A stretch of DNA of 64,000 bases, taken from the NCBI RefSeq assembly GCF_006345805.1, contig NC_042999.1, positions 47,802,001-47,866,000 on the forward strand, written 5' to 3'. The position numbers and the translations under genes are program-made. The notes under the pieces are model-generated. The model saw only the letters and a list, made by a program, of their open reading frames with translations. It had not been told where the DNA came from and did not search any database. Of the stretch, positions 39,560 to 52,965 are shown one piece after another. The DNA is from Octopus sinensis (taxonomy: Eukaryota). Position 1 is the first letter of the stretch. Every line of letters begins with the position of its first letter.

Positions 39560-39782
39560 TTTTTTACTACCTACAAGGGGCTAAACATAGAGGGGACAAA
39601 CAAGGACAGACAAAGAGATTAAGTCGATTACATCGACCCCAGTGCGAAACTGGTAGTTTATTTATCGACCCCCAAAGGATGAAAGGCAAAGTCGACTTCG
39701 GCGGAATTTGAACTCAGAACGTAACGGCAGACGAAATACCGCTAAGCATTTCGCCCGGTGCTCTAACGTTTCTGCCAGCTCG
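39560..39782 (-). mobile_element. SINE family A monomer
   Basis: Reverse complement of the 8422 head and first unit. Confidence 0.9.
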
Positions 39783-40814
39783 TACGTATAATTAATGTAT
39801 GCGTTTGTATGTTTGGGTATGTGTAGGTACATATTACCAAGTGTCTAAGACGTCTTTTACACATTGAGAAAGTGCTGGATTGGACGGCATGTCACAGTAG
39901 TTAAGGCATGCGATATTTTGGATAAGCTGTTCTTTATGCGATGTAAGTGAATTTTGATAGACGGTAGCTATGCGAAAACGTACCGCATGGAATGTTCCAG
40001 TACTACGAAGTTCTACTTTTGTCAAACCGTTCCATGTTGATTTCTAACAGAGAATTACATTAAGTGTATAGTTGTCTCTGGAATGTTCACCCGCTTAAAC
40101 ACAGCCGATCACACGCTGATCCAATAAGTCTGTTATTTCGCTTAATCAATGGATTGAAAATACATAAGCGAAATTTCAGAACAAGAGTAGGAGATCCAGT
40201 GTATATTTTAATACATGTGTTTTTGTTTTTTTTCTATAGCTTATTTCTCACTACTTTCAGTTGTAGTGGAACATCGTCTTCAGAGAAATTTGACTGAACA
40301 AATCGACTCCAGTTCCTATTTCTGTCGGAAACCTTTGCCGAACCACTCTGTGTGTGTGTGAGTGTTTGCCCGCGTTCCTGCGTGTGTACGTGCATGTGTG
40401 AGTGTGTGCCTGCGAGAAAGAAAAAATTAGTCAATAGACTATATAATATTCAAAGAAGAATACAGTGTACGTTCAAACACAAAAGAGATACCCGAAGAAT
40501 AGGATATCTGACTCGCTAGAAAGAGCAGTTAAAACACCAAGCCACCAACAGAAATGCACGCGCGGGCACACAGACACTCACTGACACACACGCACATACA
40601 CTTCTGTTTACATATACATGCATACATTGACAAGCTTTTATGCGTGTTTGTGCGTCTGTGTGCGTATGTGTGCGCGTGCGCGCTTGCATTTGAACATACG
40701 TACATGCATAAAAAACTCTATGGAATCCAGACAGTATATAGTAAAGCGAGACTACTACCACACACACACACACACACACAGAGACAGACACACACATATA
40801 CACACACACATATG

Positions 40815-40848
<34 letters not shown>

Positions 40849-40850
<2 letters not shown>

Positions 40851-41083
40851 CTCTTTACTCTTTTACTCTTTTACTTGTTTCAGTCATTTTACTGCGGCCA
40901 TGCTGGAGCACCGCCTTTAGTTGAACAACTAGACCCTGGGACTTATTCTTTTGTAAGCCCAGTACTTATTCTATCGGTCGCCTTTGCCGAACCGCTAAGT
41001 AACGGGGACGTAGACACACCAGCATTGGTTGTCAAGCAATGCTAGAGGGACAAACACAGATACACAAACATATACACACACGC

Positions 41084-41129
<46 letters not shown>

Positions 41130-41271
41130 GTATGTATGCGTGTGCCTTCAAATGCTGTGCCTTTACTGTGATCTCCCTTTTAGTAGAAGAAATAGCTATA
41201 ATCTCTTTGACTGCTATTTCGAAATTCGGTGTGTGGTAAGGCAATTCGTTGCTAAACCCTTAATTGCTTAG

Positions 41272-41303
<32 letters not shown>

Positions 41304-41471
41304 TACATATATACGACAGGTTTCTTTCAGTTTCCGTCTACCAAATCCACTCACAAGGCTTTGGTCAGCCCGAGGCTATAGCAGAAGACACTTGCCCAAG
41401 ATGCCACGCAGTGGGACTGAACCCAGAACCATGTGGTTGGTTAGCAAGCTACTTACCACTCATCCACTCCT
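40849..41471 (-). mobile_element. SINE family B interrupted by family C in its central microsatellite
   Basis: 3' half 40849-41070, 5' half ~41310-41471. Confidence 0.9.
41141..41271 (+). repeat. Repeat family C nested in SINE B
   Basis: Match to 21743-21877. Confidence 0.8.
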
Positions 41472-41827
41472 ATATATATATATATATATTTAATTAAAAT
41501 CTTAGGGTAGCAAGAATATTCATAGAAAAATTCTTAGTGACCAGTGGTCTAGCGAGAAAGAAAGAAATTGGTGAAAAGACTATATATTATTCAAAGAAGA
41601 ATACAGTGTACGTTCAAACACAAAAGAGATACACAAAGAATAGGATATCTGACTCGCTAGAAAGAGCAGTTAAAACTCCAAGCCACCAATTGTTGTAATT
41701 CCGAAAGTGATTGGAAATATATGTCCTGTAGACCTTGTGTAATAGTTGATAGGAAGACATACGAATTTGATAACACAGCGTGTGCAAATCGACAGAGATA
41801 ATGCAGTTAGTTATTGTTATATTGTTT

Positions 41828-41972
41828 CTTGTTTACTCTAGGCACAAGGCCCGAAATTTTGGGGCAGGGGGCCAGTCAATTTCATCGACCCCAGTTCGTA
41901 AATGCTACTTAACTTATCGACCTGAACAAGATGAAAGGCAAAGTCGACCTCGGCGGTATTTGAACTCAGAAT
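41828..41972 (-). mobile_element. SINE family A 3' fragment (alternative tail)
   Basis: tactctaggcacaaggcccgaaatttt...gatgaaaggcaaagtcgacctcggcgg. Confidence 0.8.
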
Positions 41973-42231
41973 ATTATGTTTCTGTAAGTTATAAGAGCGT
42001 ATACGCGTGTGTCAATGTTCTCTCGCTGTGTCTGTGTGTCCGTGTCACTGTGCAAAAGACCAATACAAGGGAAATAACTCCAGCTGAACAAATGTCAAAC
42101 GACCTGTATTGAATGTGCTTTAAACTATGACAGGTGTGAGTTGAAAGACTGTAACTAGTTATATTGTTTCCGATTCAATTTTATTAAAGTTCTGTGAATG
42201 TGGTATCAACATCGTAGGTAATAAATGCATA

Positions 42232-42590
42232 TGGGGCTGAGTTGTAGGAAGTTCATTTCTCAATCACATGGTCTCAGGTTCAGTCCCACGCAGTGGGACA
42301 AAGGACATGTGCCTCCTATGGCTTCGAGCCTTGTCAGTGGATGTGTGTATGTGTGTGTATGTGTGTGTGTCTGGGTTTGTCACCCACCACCTACCACTGT
42401 TTGATAACCGGTGTTGGAGCGTTTATGTCCCTGTTACTTAGCGGTTCCGCAAAATGATCGATGGAAAAAATACCAGGCATATAAAAGAAAAAAAAAGAAA
42501 AAAAACTAAATAAGTTATGGAGTTGATTTTTTTCACTAAAATACTTTAAGTCGATGCTCATGGCCGAAGGGTAATGACAGAAATAAGTAA
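42232..42590 (+). mobile_element. SINE family B (old, diverged)
   Basis: cacatggtctcaggttcagtcccac...cttagcggttc. Confidence 0.7.
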
Positions 42591-42609
42591 TATATTAAAG
42601 GAAAAGATC

Positions 42610-42905
42610 TTGGCTAAAATCCCCTTCGATCACAAATGCCGAAGGGGTTGCACCGACAATGTTCCCCGCCGAAATATAATTCCGGGTAAGGTTGTTTACT
42701 GAAGACCAACGCTTGCCCATGCATGCCATTCTCCCCTCTCGACGTCACCGGTGTTGTTCAAGAGAAAGGCAAAGGCCGACACAGCTTGGCATCAGCGACG
42801 TCACAAATGTTTTCTACAGCGAACTGGAATCAAGTGTTGTAAAGTGTCTTGCTGAAGAACGCAACCCACAACCTGGCCCTGGAAACTCCCGACGCTTTAA
42901 CCACC
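42610..42905 (-). mobile_element. tRNA-derived SINE (family E-like, diverged)
   Basis: aaagtgtcttgctgaagaacgcaac... similar to 38950-39217. Confidence 0.5.
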
Positions 42906-43017
42906 ATATATATATATATATATAATATACACATATATATATATAATTTATATATTATATACACATATATATATATTTATTTATATATATATATATACAC
43001 ATATATATATATTTATT

Positions 43018-43048
<31 letters not shown>

Positions 43049-43128
43049 ATATTTATTTATTTATATATATATATATATTTATTTATATATATAATATATA
43101 TTTATATATATATATACACATATATATA

Positions 43129-43178
<50 letters not shown>

Positions 43179-43195
43179 CACATATAATATATATT

Positions 43196-43229
<34 letters not shown>

Positions 43230-43243
43230 ATATTATATATATT

Positions 43244-43328
<85 letters not shown>

Positions 43329-43512
43329 ATAATATATATATATATATTTATATATATATTATATATAATATATATATTTATATATATATACACATATATA
43401 TATATTTATATATATATATATACACATATATATATATTTATTATATATATTTATATATATATATATATTTATATATAATATACACATATATATATTTTTA
43501 TTTATATATATT

Positions 43513-43543
<31 letters not shown>

Positions 43544-43932
43544 TATACACATATATATAATTATTTATATATATATATTATATATATCTATATATATAAA
43601 TATATATAACACATATATATATATTTATTTATATATATTTATATATATATATATAAATATATATATACACATATAATATATATTATATATATATTTATAT
43701 ATATATAATAAATATATATACACATATATATATATTTATTTATATATATTTATATATATATATATATATAATATATATACACATATATATATATATTTAT
43801 TTATATATATATTTATTTATATATATATATATATATATACACATATATATATAATTATTTATATATATATATATATATATTTATTATATATATATATATA
43901 TATAATAAATATATATACACATATATATATTT

Positions 43933-43992
<60 letters not shown>

Positions 43993-44015
43993 CATACACA
44001 CACACACACACACAC
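42905..44015. repeat. ~1.1-kb almost pure A/T (TA)n tract
   Basis: Directly visible; only sporadic cac interruptions. Confidence 0.95.
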
Positions 44016-44093
44016 ATGTAAGGATAATTATTAACAACAATATACCTACCGGTTACATTTTCTCCATAAGTCTCTATCTCTCTCTCTGTCTCC

Positions 44094-44130
<37 letters not shown>

Positions 44131-44935
44131 TATATATATATACACATATATATATATATACTATATATATACACATACATATATATGCATACATAAGGAT
44201 TTCAACCGGCGTGCTAATATTGCTGCCTGCTGGCCTGTGTGTGTGTGAGTGTTTGTCCGCGTTCCTGCGTGTGTACGTGTATGTGTTCGTGTGTGCCTGC
44301 GTGTGCGCATGATACGCGTGTGCGCCTCTTTGTGTGTGTGCGTGTGTGTATGTGTGTGTGTGTGTGCGTGCGTGAGCATGGGGTATTCAAACGTATTGTA
44401 ATGCGTTCTGCTGAATACGTGAATATGGTGTAAGGGAAGTAATTCAAGAATAACTCGAAACATTCCAATCGTTACGACGATTAATGCAAAAATGAGTATT
44501 TTTTGGCTCTTCGTGGCATCCCTCAGGCAGAAGGGAGTTTTGATTTTCATATTCTTACCATTAATATTTTATTGATGTTGAGCCACATTTGCCTGAACTT
44601 CCAACGGTGTTTAGGATATTGTTTATTTTATTCAACGTCTCCTTGAAAAATCGGTTTCTATTTTGAGCACGTCGAATTGTCACAGAAGTTTTTTTTCTCA
44701 TATAGTATACGTACAAGTGATGCACTGATGCCAAGAAGATCAAATGTTCGTTCTCAGCTCACATTTATATACACACTCACAAATTCATATGGATGCGGTA
44801 AGCAGTTTGTTTCACCATCACATGGTTCCGGCCTTAGAGTCACGGCTTGGCAATCCTCGGCCCGACCAATATAAATATATATATCTATATATATACATAT
44901 GTGTGTGTGTGTGTGTAAGTTTGTGTATATATATA

Positions 44936-44978
<43 letters not shown>

Positions 44979-45238
44979 CCATACATACATATGCGCACAC
45001 ACACACATGCACACACATATATATGTCCCTTAAAATTTGATATTCGATATGTCATCTATTCAATAGGACAATCAATACTTCATTTCATTTTACTATATAT
45101 ACTAGTTCTTCTATATATATTCTATATATTCTATATTGTGCATTAATATTATAATACATATAAATAAAACGTAAAAAACAGAGTTGGAATTCCTTTGAAA
45201 AATATATATCCCTCTATACACAATCATACACACCCCTT

Positions 45239-45295
<57 letters not shown>

Positions 45296-45413
45296 TATAT
45301 ATACATATATATACACACACATGTGTGGGAGTGCGTGTGTCCGCGCATGCGTCTGTGTGTATGTGGTTAAATATACATGAACTGTAGGTTAGTTAATATA
45401 CATAGTATATATA

Positions 45414-45552
<139 letters not shown>

Positions 45553-45899
45553 ATATGTATGTACGCGCATGTACTCAGAGAACACACACATGCACAGTCA
45601 CCAACACTACATACCCACCATATTTGGCACGTAACTCGATGCACGTAACAGAAGCAAAACATAAAATACTGCTTTAACGAAATAACATTCATGGCATTTT
45701 CATTTTCTCTCTTCATTCTATTTCTTATTAATGATTTTATGAATACATTTTCAGTTCTTAGTTTTTCAGATATTATATATTCTAGAATATATAATATAAA
45801 ATTAAGGAAAAAATATAAAATACAGTAAAAATCAAGGATATATATATATATAATATATATATATATAAATATATGATCCAGGACTGTAGCTGTGACAAG

Positions 45900-48610
45900 G
45901 GGACGAGCTGCCGAAAAGCGCGTTATTCAAACGGCGACCACACCTGCTCACTGTTAAGGTTTCGCTGGAGATCTCGCAGCCTCAGAGCATGTCTGCGCAG
46001 TCCTCTACGCAGCGGATGCTGATAACGAATGAACCGTCTGACAAGCGATACCTCTCCCTTCCCCAGGAAGCGGAACATCAAATGCATCCGCCCGTTCAGC
46101 CATGAAGCGGGGCAAAGGACGATATTCAGACGGATGCAAAGTGCGCATTCGACACTTCCACCTGACCATTCAGAGACACATTTCTGGGTGAGTCTGGCCA
46201 CCTTTTCTCTCAACTTGCCCCTGTTCTTCTCCAGTTGGAGACCTGGACCAAAACAGACCCAGAGCAACTTAACAGGTCCTTCCATCAGCACTCCACCAAC
46301 GCTGTCGGTTGCCATGGGCCTGCCCCTCAAGGTACCGAGCTGCAGGCCCACTGACGTCTCCTGGTTGATCATTGCTCCTATCAATGTTTAGTGTTCCCTT
46401 AAAGTAGAGCCGATCGTCTCCATTTCCGTGATGTCCGGTACTATCACGGTCAAGTCGTTCGCATATGCTGACACGAACCTTCCACATCCCAGTTCACATA
46501 GGATTCCCCTCGAAATCTCTAGCTTCTGCAGTAATTGATCAAGCGCCAGTACGTAGAGGAGAGGTGGAGTGAACATCCTTAACAGAGCGAACGTCTGATA
46601 CTAAACGATTCCGAGAGGTGCTCATTAACTGTAACCACCCAACAGATGTAACTGTACGTTGCAGTGATCCAACCTCTGAAAACTGGGCCGTAACCAGCAG
46701 CCTAGATGACAGCCCCGTGTAAAGACTGTCGACCCTATCATAAGCTTTTGGTTGGTCCAAATGGGCTACGGTTCCGCCATGCCAGTTTCTTTACCAGCCC
46801 TGTATTGTGTGAGGTGGAGGTTGTCGTGTATAGTTCTGTGGATCGCCCACTAGTCTGTCATCGATAGGCACCAACCTCTTTCCTAATACCTTGACCACAA
46901 TTTTGCAATCTGTATTTAGCAGAGTTACAGGCCTAATGTTACCAACAATTTCCCCCTGGCTTGAATCCTTTCTCAGTAGTGTCACCACACCTCGGCTCAC
47001 AGATCTGGGTATTCTCCAGTTCTACTGCCAGTTGCGGTAGACATCTATCAAAAGCTCACCAAAAAAGTCTGGCATCAAGGGGAAGACCATCCAAACCGAG
47101 AGACTTCTCCCCCGCGTCACGTATAGCCAACGCGTCACGTATATCTTCAGCTGTTATTTGCGTTTCAAAGAACACCACGTCTCTGGCCGCAAACTGCGGC
47201 ATACCATCAAGGTAGGTAGAGATGTACACTTCTGCCTCCGGGCTACCATACTTCGCTGAAATTCCGCACACATCTACTTCGACTCATGTAGCATGCACCC
47301 ATCTCGACCCCTCAAAGACCGAATTGTAGTTTTATCATCGAACGGCTTCCATTCCTTCTTGCTTTAGAGCACATGCTCTACCTCTGACAATGCAACCGTC
47401 ATGCTTCGCGTTGAAGAAATGGCTCAAAACCAATCTCGCTACCAGCACATCGGTTGCCAGGCCTTTATTGATGCCTCGTCTAATATCCTAACAAGGTCTC
47501 CCGCTATTTCTCTGTCGCTAATTTTCTGCTAAATTCTACACCTTCTATTCTAATCACCCGTGTTAGAACCCCCTCCCACCATCAGTTGTTGACGATTGCA
47601 CCCATCATTTTTCGATGGATTAACTTGCTTAGCCGGTCTCTGAATATTTGACGAACCGAGAAGAACTCGTTCAACTTCCAGTATCCGGGTCCCTACCTAT
47701 GTAGCATATGTAGGTCAACCGTATAGATTACAAATTTGTGGTCTGTGTAGTTGATGAACTCCAATAGTAGTCTCTCTATGCTATTCCTATCTGCTGGATA
47801 GGAAAATAAAATACCCTTTCTAGATACAAAATACTCTATAAAGATAAGCTCTGGATGACCCGATACTATTTGCGCATGTCTACACAGGAGTGTTCGAGAA
47901 ATTCAGTCTGAACCTGTCCGGCACCTGGAAACGAATGAGCTGGTTTGCGAAGCTTGGGTACCCTACTTTCCTATTCGCTAGCTCCACCCAATCCACACGT
48001 GCAACCTAAATGGTGTTCTAATCGCCTACTAGCACTAAAGAGCGATGCGTCCATAGAAAGGCCTGCAGGCGTCTGAAGACCGGCTGCCACGTTCCAGTCG
48101 GTGCGTACAAAGCGACTAGTCTAAAAGCACTGTCATCGTTATCGTTCACGTCCAGGATCACAGACTTACCTTCAGGAAGACCGACCGTATCTCGAAATCC
48201 AGGTCATTTCTGAACAACACTGCCACCCCATCCCAAATTCCTGGCAGACGAAGAGACGAGAAAATCTCAGTTATCGAAAATGTGAGCAAAGGCCCGTGTG
48301 TCCACGACCCTGGTCTCACTGACGGCTATTACATGCGAGCTTAGCCATTTGAGGCCGTTGCACAAGCGTCCTTGCTTCCAAGGCGACGCCAGGTCACTTA
48401 TATTTATACACCTTTTTTAAGAACCTCCATGCTGGCCAAGAAGTAAGGAAGGGAAAAAGGGAGTGACACACCCTCCTGGTTCTCCCACCCTGTCTGTTTA
48501 GTTGGGTTCTTCTGGGAACCCCTGGTAAATCCACATTTCTATGCAACATATTCCAATACAGAACAATTTCATACCTGAGCAACGCCGGGTGCCTCTGCTA
48601 ATCTTCCAAA
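45900..48610 (-). pseudogene. Decayed L1/Tx1-clade LINE ORF2 (APE endonuclease plus RT), 3'-truncated, with frameshifts and stops
   Basis: Minus-strand translation gives EN motifs IAVSETR, LVALYAP, LVLVGD*NT, TDHKFV, GPGYWKLN. RT motifs are EKSLGLDGLP, NIRPVTLLNTDCKIVVKVLGKRL, DQPKAYDRVD, PLLYVLAL, SAYANDL, GPVKLL and LRRHALRLRDL..QVWSP. All are colinear with the ORF at 2-2416. Confidence 0.92.
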
Positions 48611-49706
48611 AACGAATTGTCACTATCTCAAATGAATAGCATTGCTAATTCTGATTTAATATGTACGACAATAACACGAGATGTCTTTGGTTAGTACGCC
48701 GGTCAAATATTTGTAATTTGATGCAAAATGTAGCGTGTTAATTCTAACAGCGTCGAAGAAATGTGACGACACATAAGAATGGACAAATGTGTCATTAATT
48801 ACAGAATTCATTTTGAAAATTCTAACCTCGTATTAAACCTGTATAGCTCTTGGCTTATCTTTCATACCTTTGAAGATACCCAAACGGGAGCTGATTAATC
48901 GCTATGTAGCTATATTTTGATCAAATTAAGTATTGAAATTTCTTACGCGTTTCTCTTTGTGAAGGGAAAGAGAATAACTGGCATTCAAAAACATTTGGTC
49001 GATATGTTTATGAAATAACCAATTACAAAATTATCATCGAAAGAAATAGTTATGTGTTAGATTTATGAGAGAAGTAATTTATAATTTTGTCTTATTAAGC
49101 ATGTGCTGATTATGTTTCCACACACTCTTCAGTTTATTAGGATGTCGAGTGAAAAATAAAGAAACCTAAATTCCATAAATTTAGGTTTTTCAATTTTGCA
49201 AGTAATTATTATATATTAAGCAAATACTCTGATAATTTGGAACTAAATAATAAGTTGAAGGAAAACAAATATTCTGTTTCTAACCTCAGTTTCGTTCCGT
49301 CGATTATTTGAATTTATATTTAATTGCATTCATATTTCTAAGTCGACTGAGGAAATAGTTTTGATTACTTTAAAACTTGATTTGCAATGTCAATTTTCAA
49401 CACACACAAGTGCGTGCACGGGTGCACACACGCACATGTACACATACACTCATGCACATACACACAAACGCACACACAGACACACACATATATACGTATG
49501 TATATGTATATATGTTATGAGAGGTAATGGTGTCAAGAAGACCCAAAGGTGTCAGGTAATGCTGAGTAAGTGCTATGGACAGACTACAGTTAAGTTCCAG
49601 GGTCGGTGATTATGCGAATGAGGAGTCTAACGTTGGTCATATATTAGCATGCATATATATAAATGTACTGAAATCTTTCACAACTTTGGATTTTTAGCTC
49701 ATTCTG

Positions 49707-49763
<57 letters not shown>

Positions 49764-51009
49764 ATATGCAGATTGCATTTCAGAATAGCAAAGCAAATGC
49801 TATCACAATTTGTAATCTTTCTATTCTATCAATGTGCCATGGTACACCAAGTTAGATTAAATAAGGAAACCTTCTTCATTGAAAACTATAAGGCAAAACT
49901 TAACCATTTCTACCATTTTTTTAAATAAGGAAACTTACCTCTTTAAAAAAAAACATAAAGCAAAACGACTTGTAATATTTTATTCCTTCTAAGCCAAATC
50001 ATGTCAAATTAATAAAACCTAGTCATTCCGAACATTTTTGATTATCTCCCTTATACCGAAAAAATCTCTATTACCTTTCCCTGTCTGGAACTCCATATTT
50101 CACAACATACTGAAGACATGACACGACGTAGGTAAAGAAATATGAGAAATTTTAAATGAAAATACGAAACCGGTTATTTCTCCAAAAACTATGTTACTAT
50201 ACGCAAAATGTTCTGACATTTTCCTAACATAACGATTTAAATATATTGTTTAACCATATAACACAATCCTTCTGTAGGTTTTGGCTCTTATTTGTCTTTT
50301 ATGTGTGTGTATATATATATAGCTGATAGCAGGAGAAGCACTATTAATACTAAAATTCAATCTACATCTCCCGGTAAAACTAGTCTTTGTGTTAAAACGC
50401 AGAATACTTCATTATTTACGTTGAGAGGACTTCTTATAGTCTCGTTTCGTAGGAAAGTAATTGCATTTATAAGAGAAATGTCTGCTACGGCGATATATAG
50501 GTGCGTGCCTTTGTGTGTATGCGCTCGCGTGTATGTGTGTGTGCATGTGTGCGTGCTCACGTTTGTGTACATGTGTGTATATGTGTAGGAGTGTATCCGG
50601 AAGCGTGAGCCCGCGCCAGCGTGTATTGCTAAGTATGTATCAATCTTTATTGCTAAAGCTGTATCAATGACCATTTACAAGAGATCAGTATAATTACTTG
50701 TGTAATGCACAAAATTACTAAGATCTGGCAACGTGGAGGTGTGAATTCTCAAATTTTCACAAGAAATAAACATTTTGTATAATAACACTCATTTGGCATT
50801 CTGGACACGCGATTCCTTATATCGAAGACAGATATAATCTGAAGGTGATTCATCACGTCTTGTCTATTGGTGGTTCATTACACAGAGCAATATGTATTTT
50901 GCTATAATGACGTTTTTACCTGATCTGAAGATTTTTTGAATCCAAAAATATAAGACAACCTTATCTATTGCGACTAAATTTTAAGATGCTCGTATCTTCC
51001 AATCATCCT

Positions 51010-51426
51010 TTTTTCTTTACTGCTCATAAGAGGTCTAAACATAGAGGGGAAAACATAGACAGGCAAAGGGATTAAGTCGATTACATCGACCCTAGTGCGT
51101 AACTGGTACTTAATTTATCGACCCCGAAAGGATGAAAGGCAAAGTCTACCTCGGCGGAATTCGAACTCAGAACGTAACGGCAGACGAAATACCTATTTCT
51201 TTACTACCCACAAGGGGCTAAACACAAAGGGGACAAACAAGGACAGACAAACGGATTAAGTTGATTACATCGACTCCGGTGCGTAACTGGTACTTATTTA
51301 ATCGACCCCGAAAAGATGAAAGGCAAAGTTGACCTTGGCGATATTTGAACTCAGAACGTAACGGCAGACGAAATACTGCTACGCATTTCGTCCAGTGTGC
51401 TAACGTTTCTCCCAGCTCGCCGCCTT
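51010..51426 (-). mobile_element. SINE family A dimer
   Basis: Two units joined at the same junction as other multimers (~51192); 18-bp TSD gtatcttccaatcatcct at 50992-51009 and 51427-51444. Confidence 0.92.
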
Positions 51427-52418
51427 GTATCTTCCAATCATCCTGGGGCAACAAAGTGGCTACACTAAATATCCACGCTTATTTTTCATGTATGATCGAT
51501 AGCAGAGCGACGAAAAACAAATTGGCTGGTCAAAGAATGGTCACAGCGAGCGTTAATTTCAGATGGGACTGAACGCAAATTCAGGGAAAATTGAGCATAA
51601 ATATTGAAGAAGGAATTCTAAGGATGTTTAATAATTATGGCGAAGACGAGTAAGAAAACATTCTGGTATTTATGAAAAATCAATTTTTATGTACATTATG
51701 ACTTGTTCCTCATAAGCTGGATTATAGAAAAACAAGGAAATTCTACGGATCCAGTATCTTAAAGACTTCACATGATGGTAATAAATGGATGTCATTTTCG
51801 GATTATGTGAGGTGTGAGGGGGAGAAAGAACTCTGTTTTAGGGCCCAATATTCTGACAACTGAGAAATAATTTTTCTTCTTGGCTTGTGTTATTATTGTA
51901 CATGCTGCACTAAGGAATACCCTGCATTTGTATGAGTTGTGTAATTTTTTGCTTCTGGTGATTCAGGGCATATATGTTATATAATATATTATATTGTATA
52001 TATATATATGTATATATAAACAAACATACATATATATACATACATATACATATATACACATACTCGCACACATATACACACGTACACATACACACATAAT
52101 TATCACATCAATGGGTTCATCTCTTTCCTTAATAGCATCAACCAATCACAGAATAATGGTAACAATTGTAAAGAAAAAACCTCTAGTATTATGAATGCAC
52201 CTATGTAAATTCTTTTACAAATGAATTCCTGGAACCTATAATTGTTTTTTCAACTATAGGATATTATCACCAGAAGTATAGGTGACAGATATGTATATAT
52301 ATGTGTATATATATATATTAAACTATGGTTGCAGAATAGTTTAATATACTTGCCTCATTTAATTGAGCACTTCTATAGCAGTCCTATTAAACATTTTGTT
52401 CCTGATAAGAAACAATCA

Positions 52419-52480
<62 letters not shown>

Positions 52481-52804
52481 CGAGAAGTTGAGATTATAAG
52501 AGATAAGGGTGTCATTGAGATCCAAAGGTGTCAGGTAATGCTGAATTAGTGCTATAGACAGACCATAGTTAAGTTCCAGATTCGGTAATATTGCAAATAC
52601 AGGGTTCAACGTTGAAAATTAGATGTAGAAATGACGTTTCGAGCATGGCTCTTCATTGGTTAGAGCAAAAGTCCTGTGAATAGGAAAAAGAGGAAGGGGC
52701 TAATAGTCCGGAGAAAAGCATGTGTGTAATTATATGGGGACATTATGTATTCATGCATATACAGAAGTACACACACACAATAACAAACAAGTGATCATTC
52801 ACAT

Positions 52805-52965
52805 GCTACATTATTTACATTCGACGGATATTTGGCCTCATCTTGTTTGTTGTTAACACAACGTTGCGGCTGATATAGCCTCCAGACTTCTTCAGGTGTC
52901 TTGGGGAAATTTCGAACCTGGAACATTATCCGTCGAATGTAAATAACGTAAATAATGTAAATAAT
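52805..52965 (-). mobile_element. Putative Penelope-like element end with inverted segment
   Basis: Hammerhead-like motif flanked by a perfect 20-bp inverted repeat (52811-52830, 52927-52946) and (aatgtaaat) repeats. Confidence 0.55.
52855..52900 (-). ncRNA. Minimal type-I hammerhead-like motif with one core substitution (GAAA to GCAA)
   Basis: Minus strand reads GACAC CTGAAGA A GTCTG GAGGCTATAT CAGCC GCAAC GTT GTGTT; 5-bp stem I, stem II 4 of 5 pairs. Confidence 0.6.
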
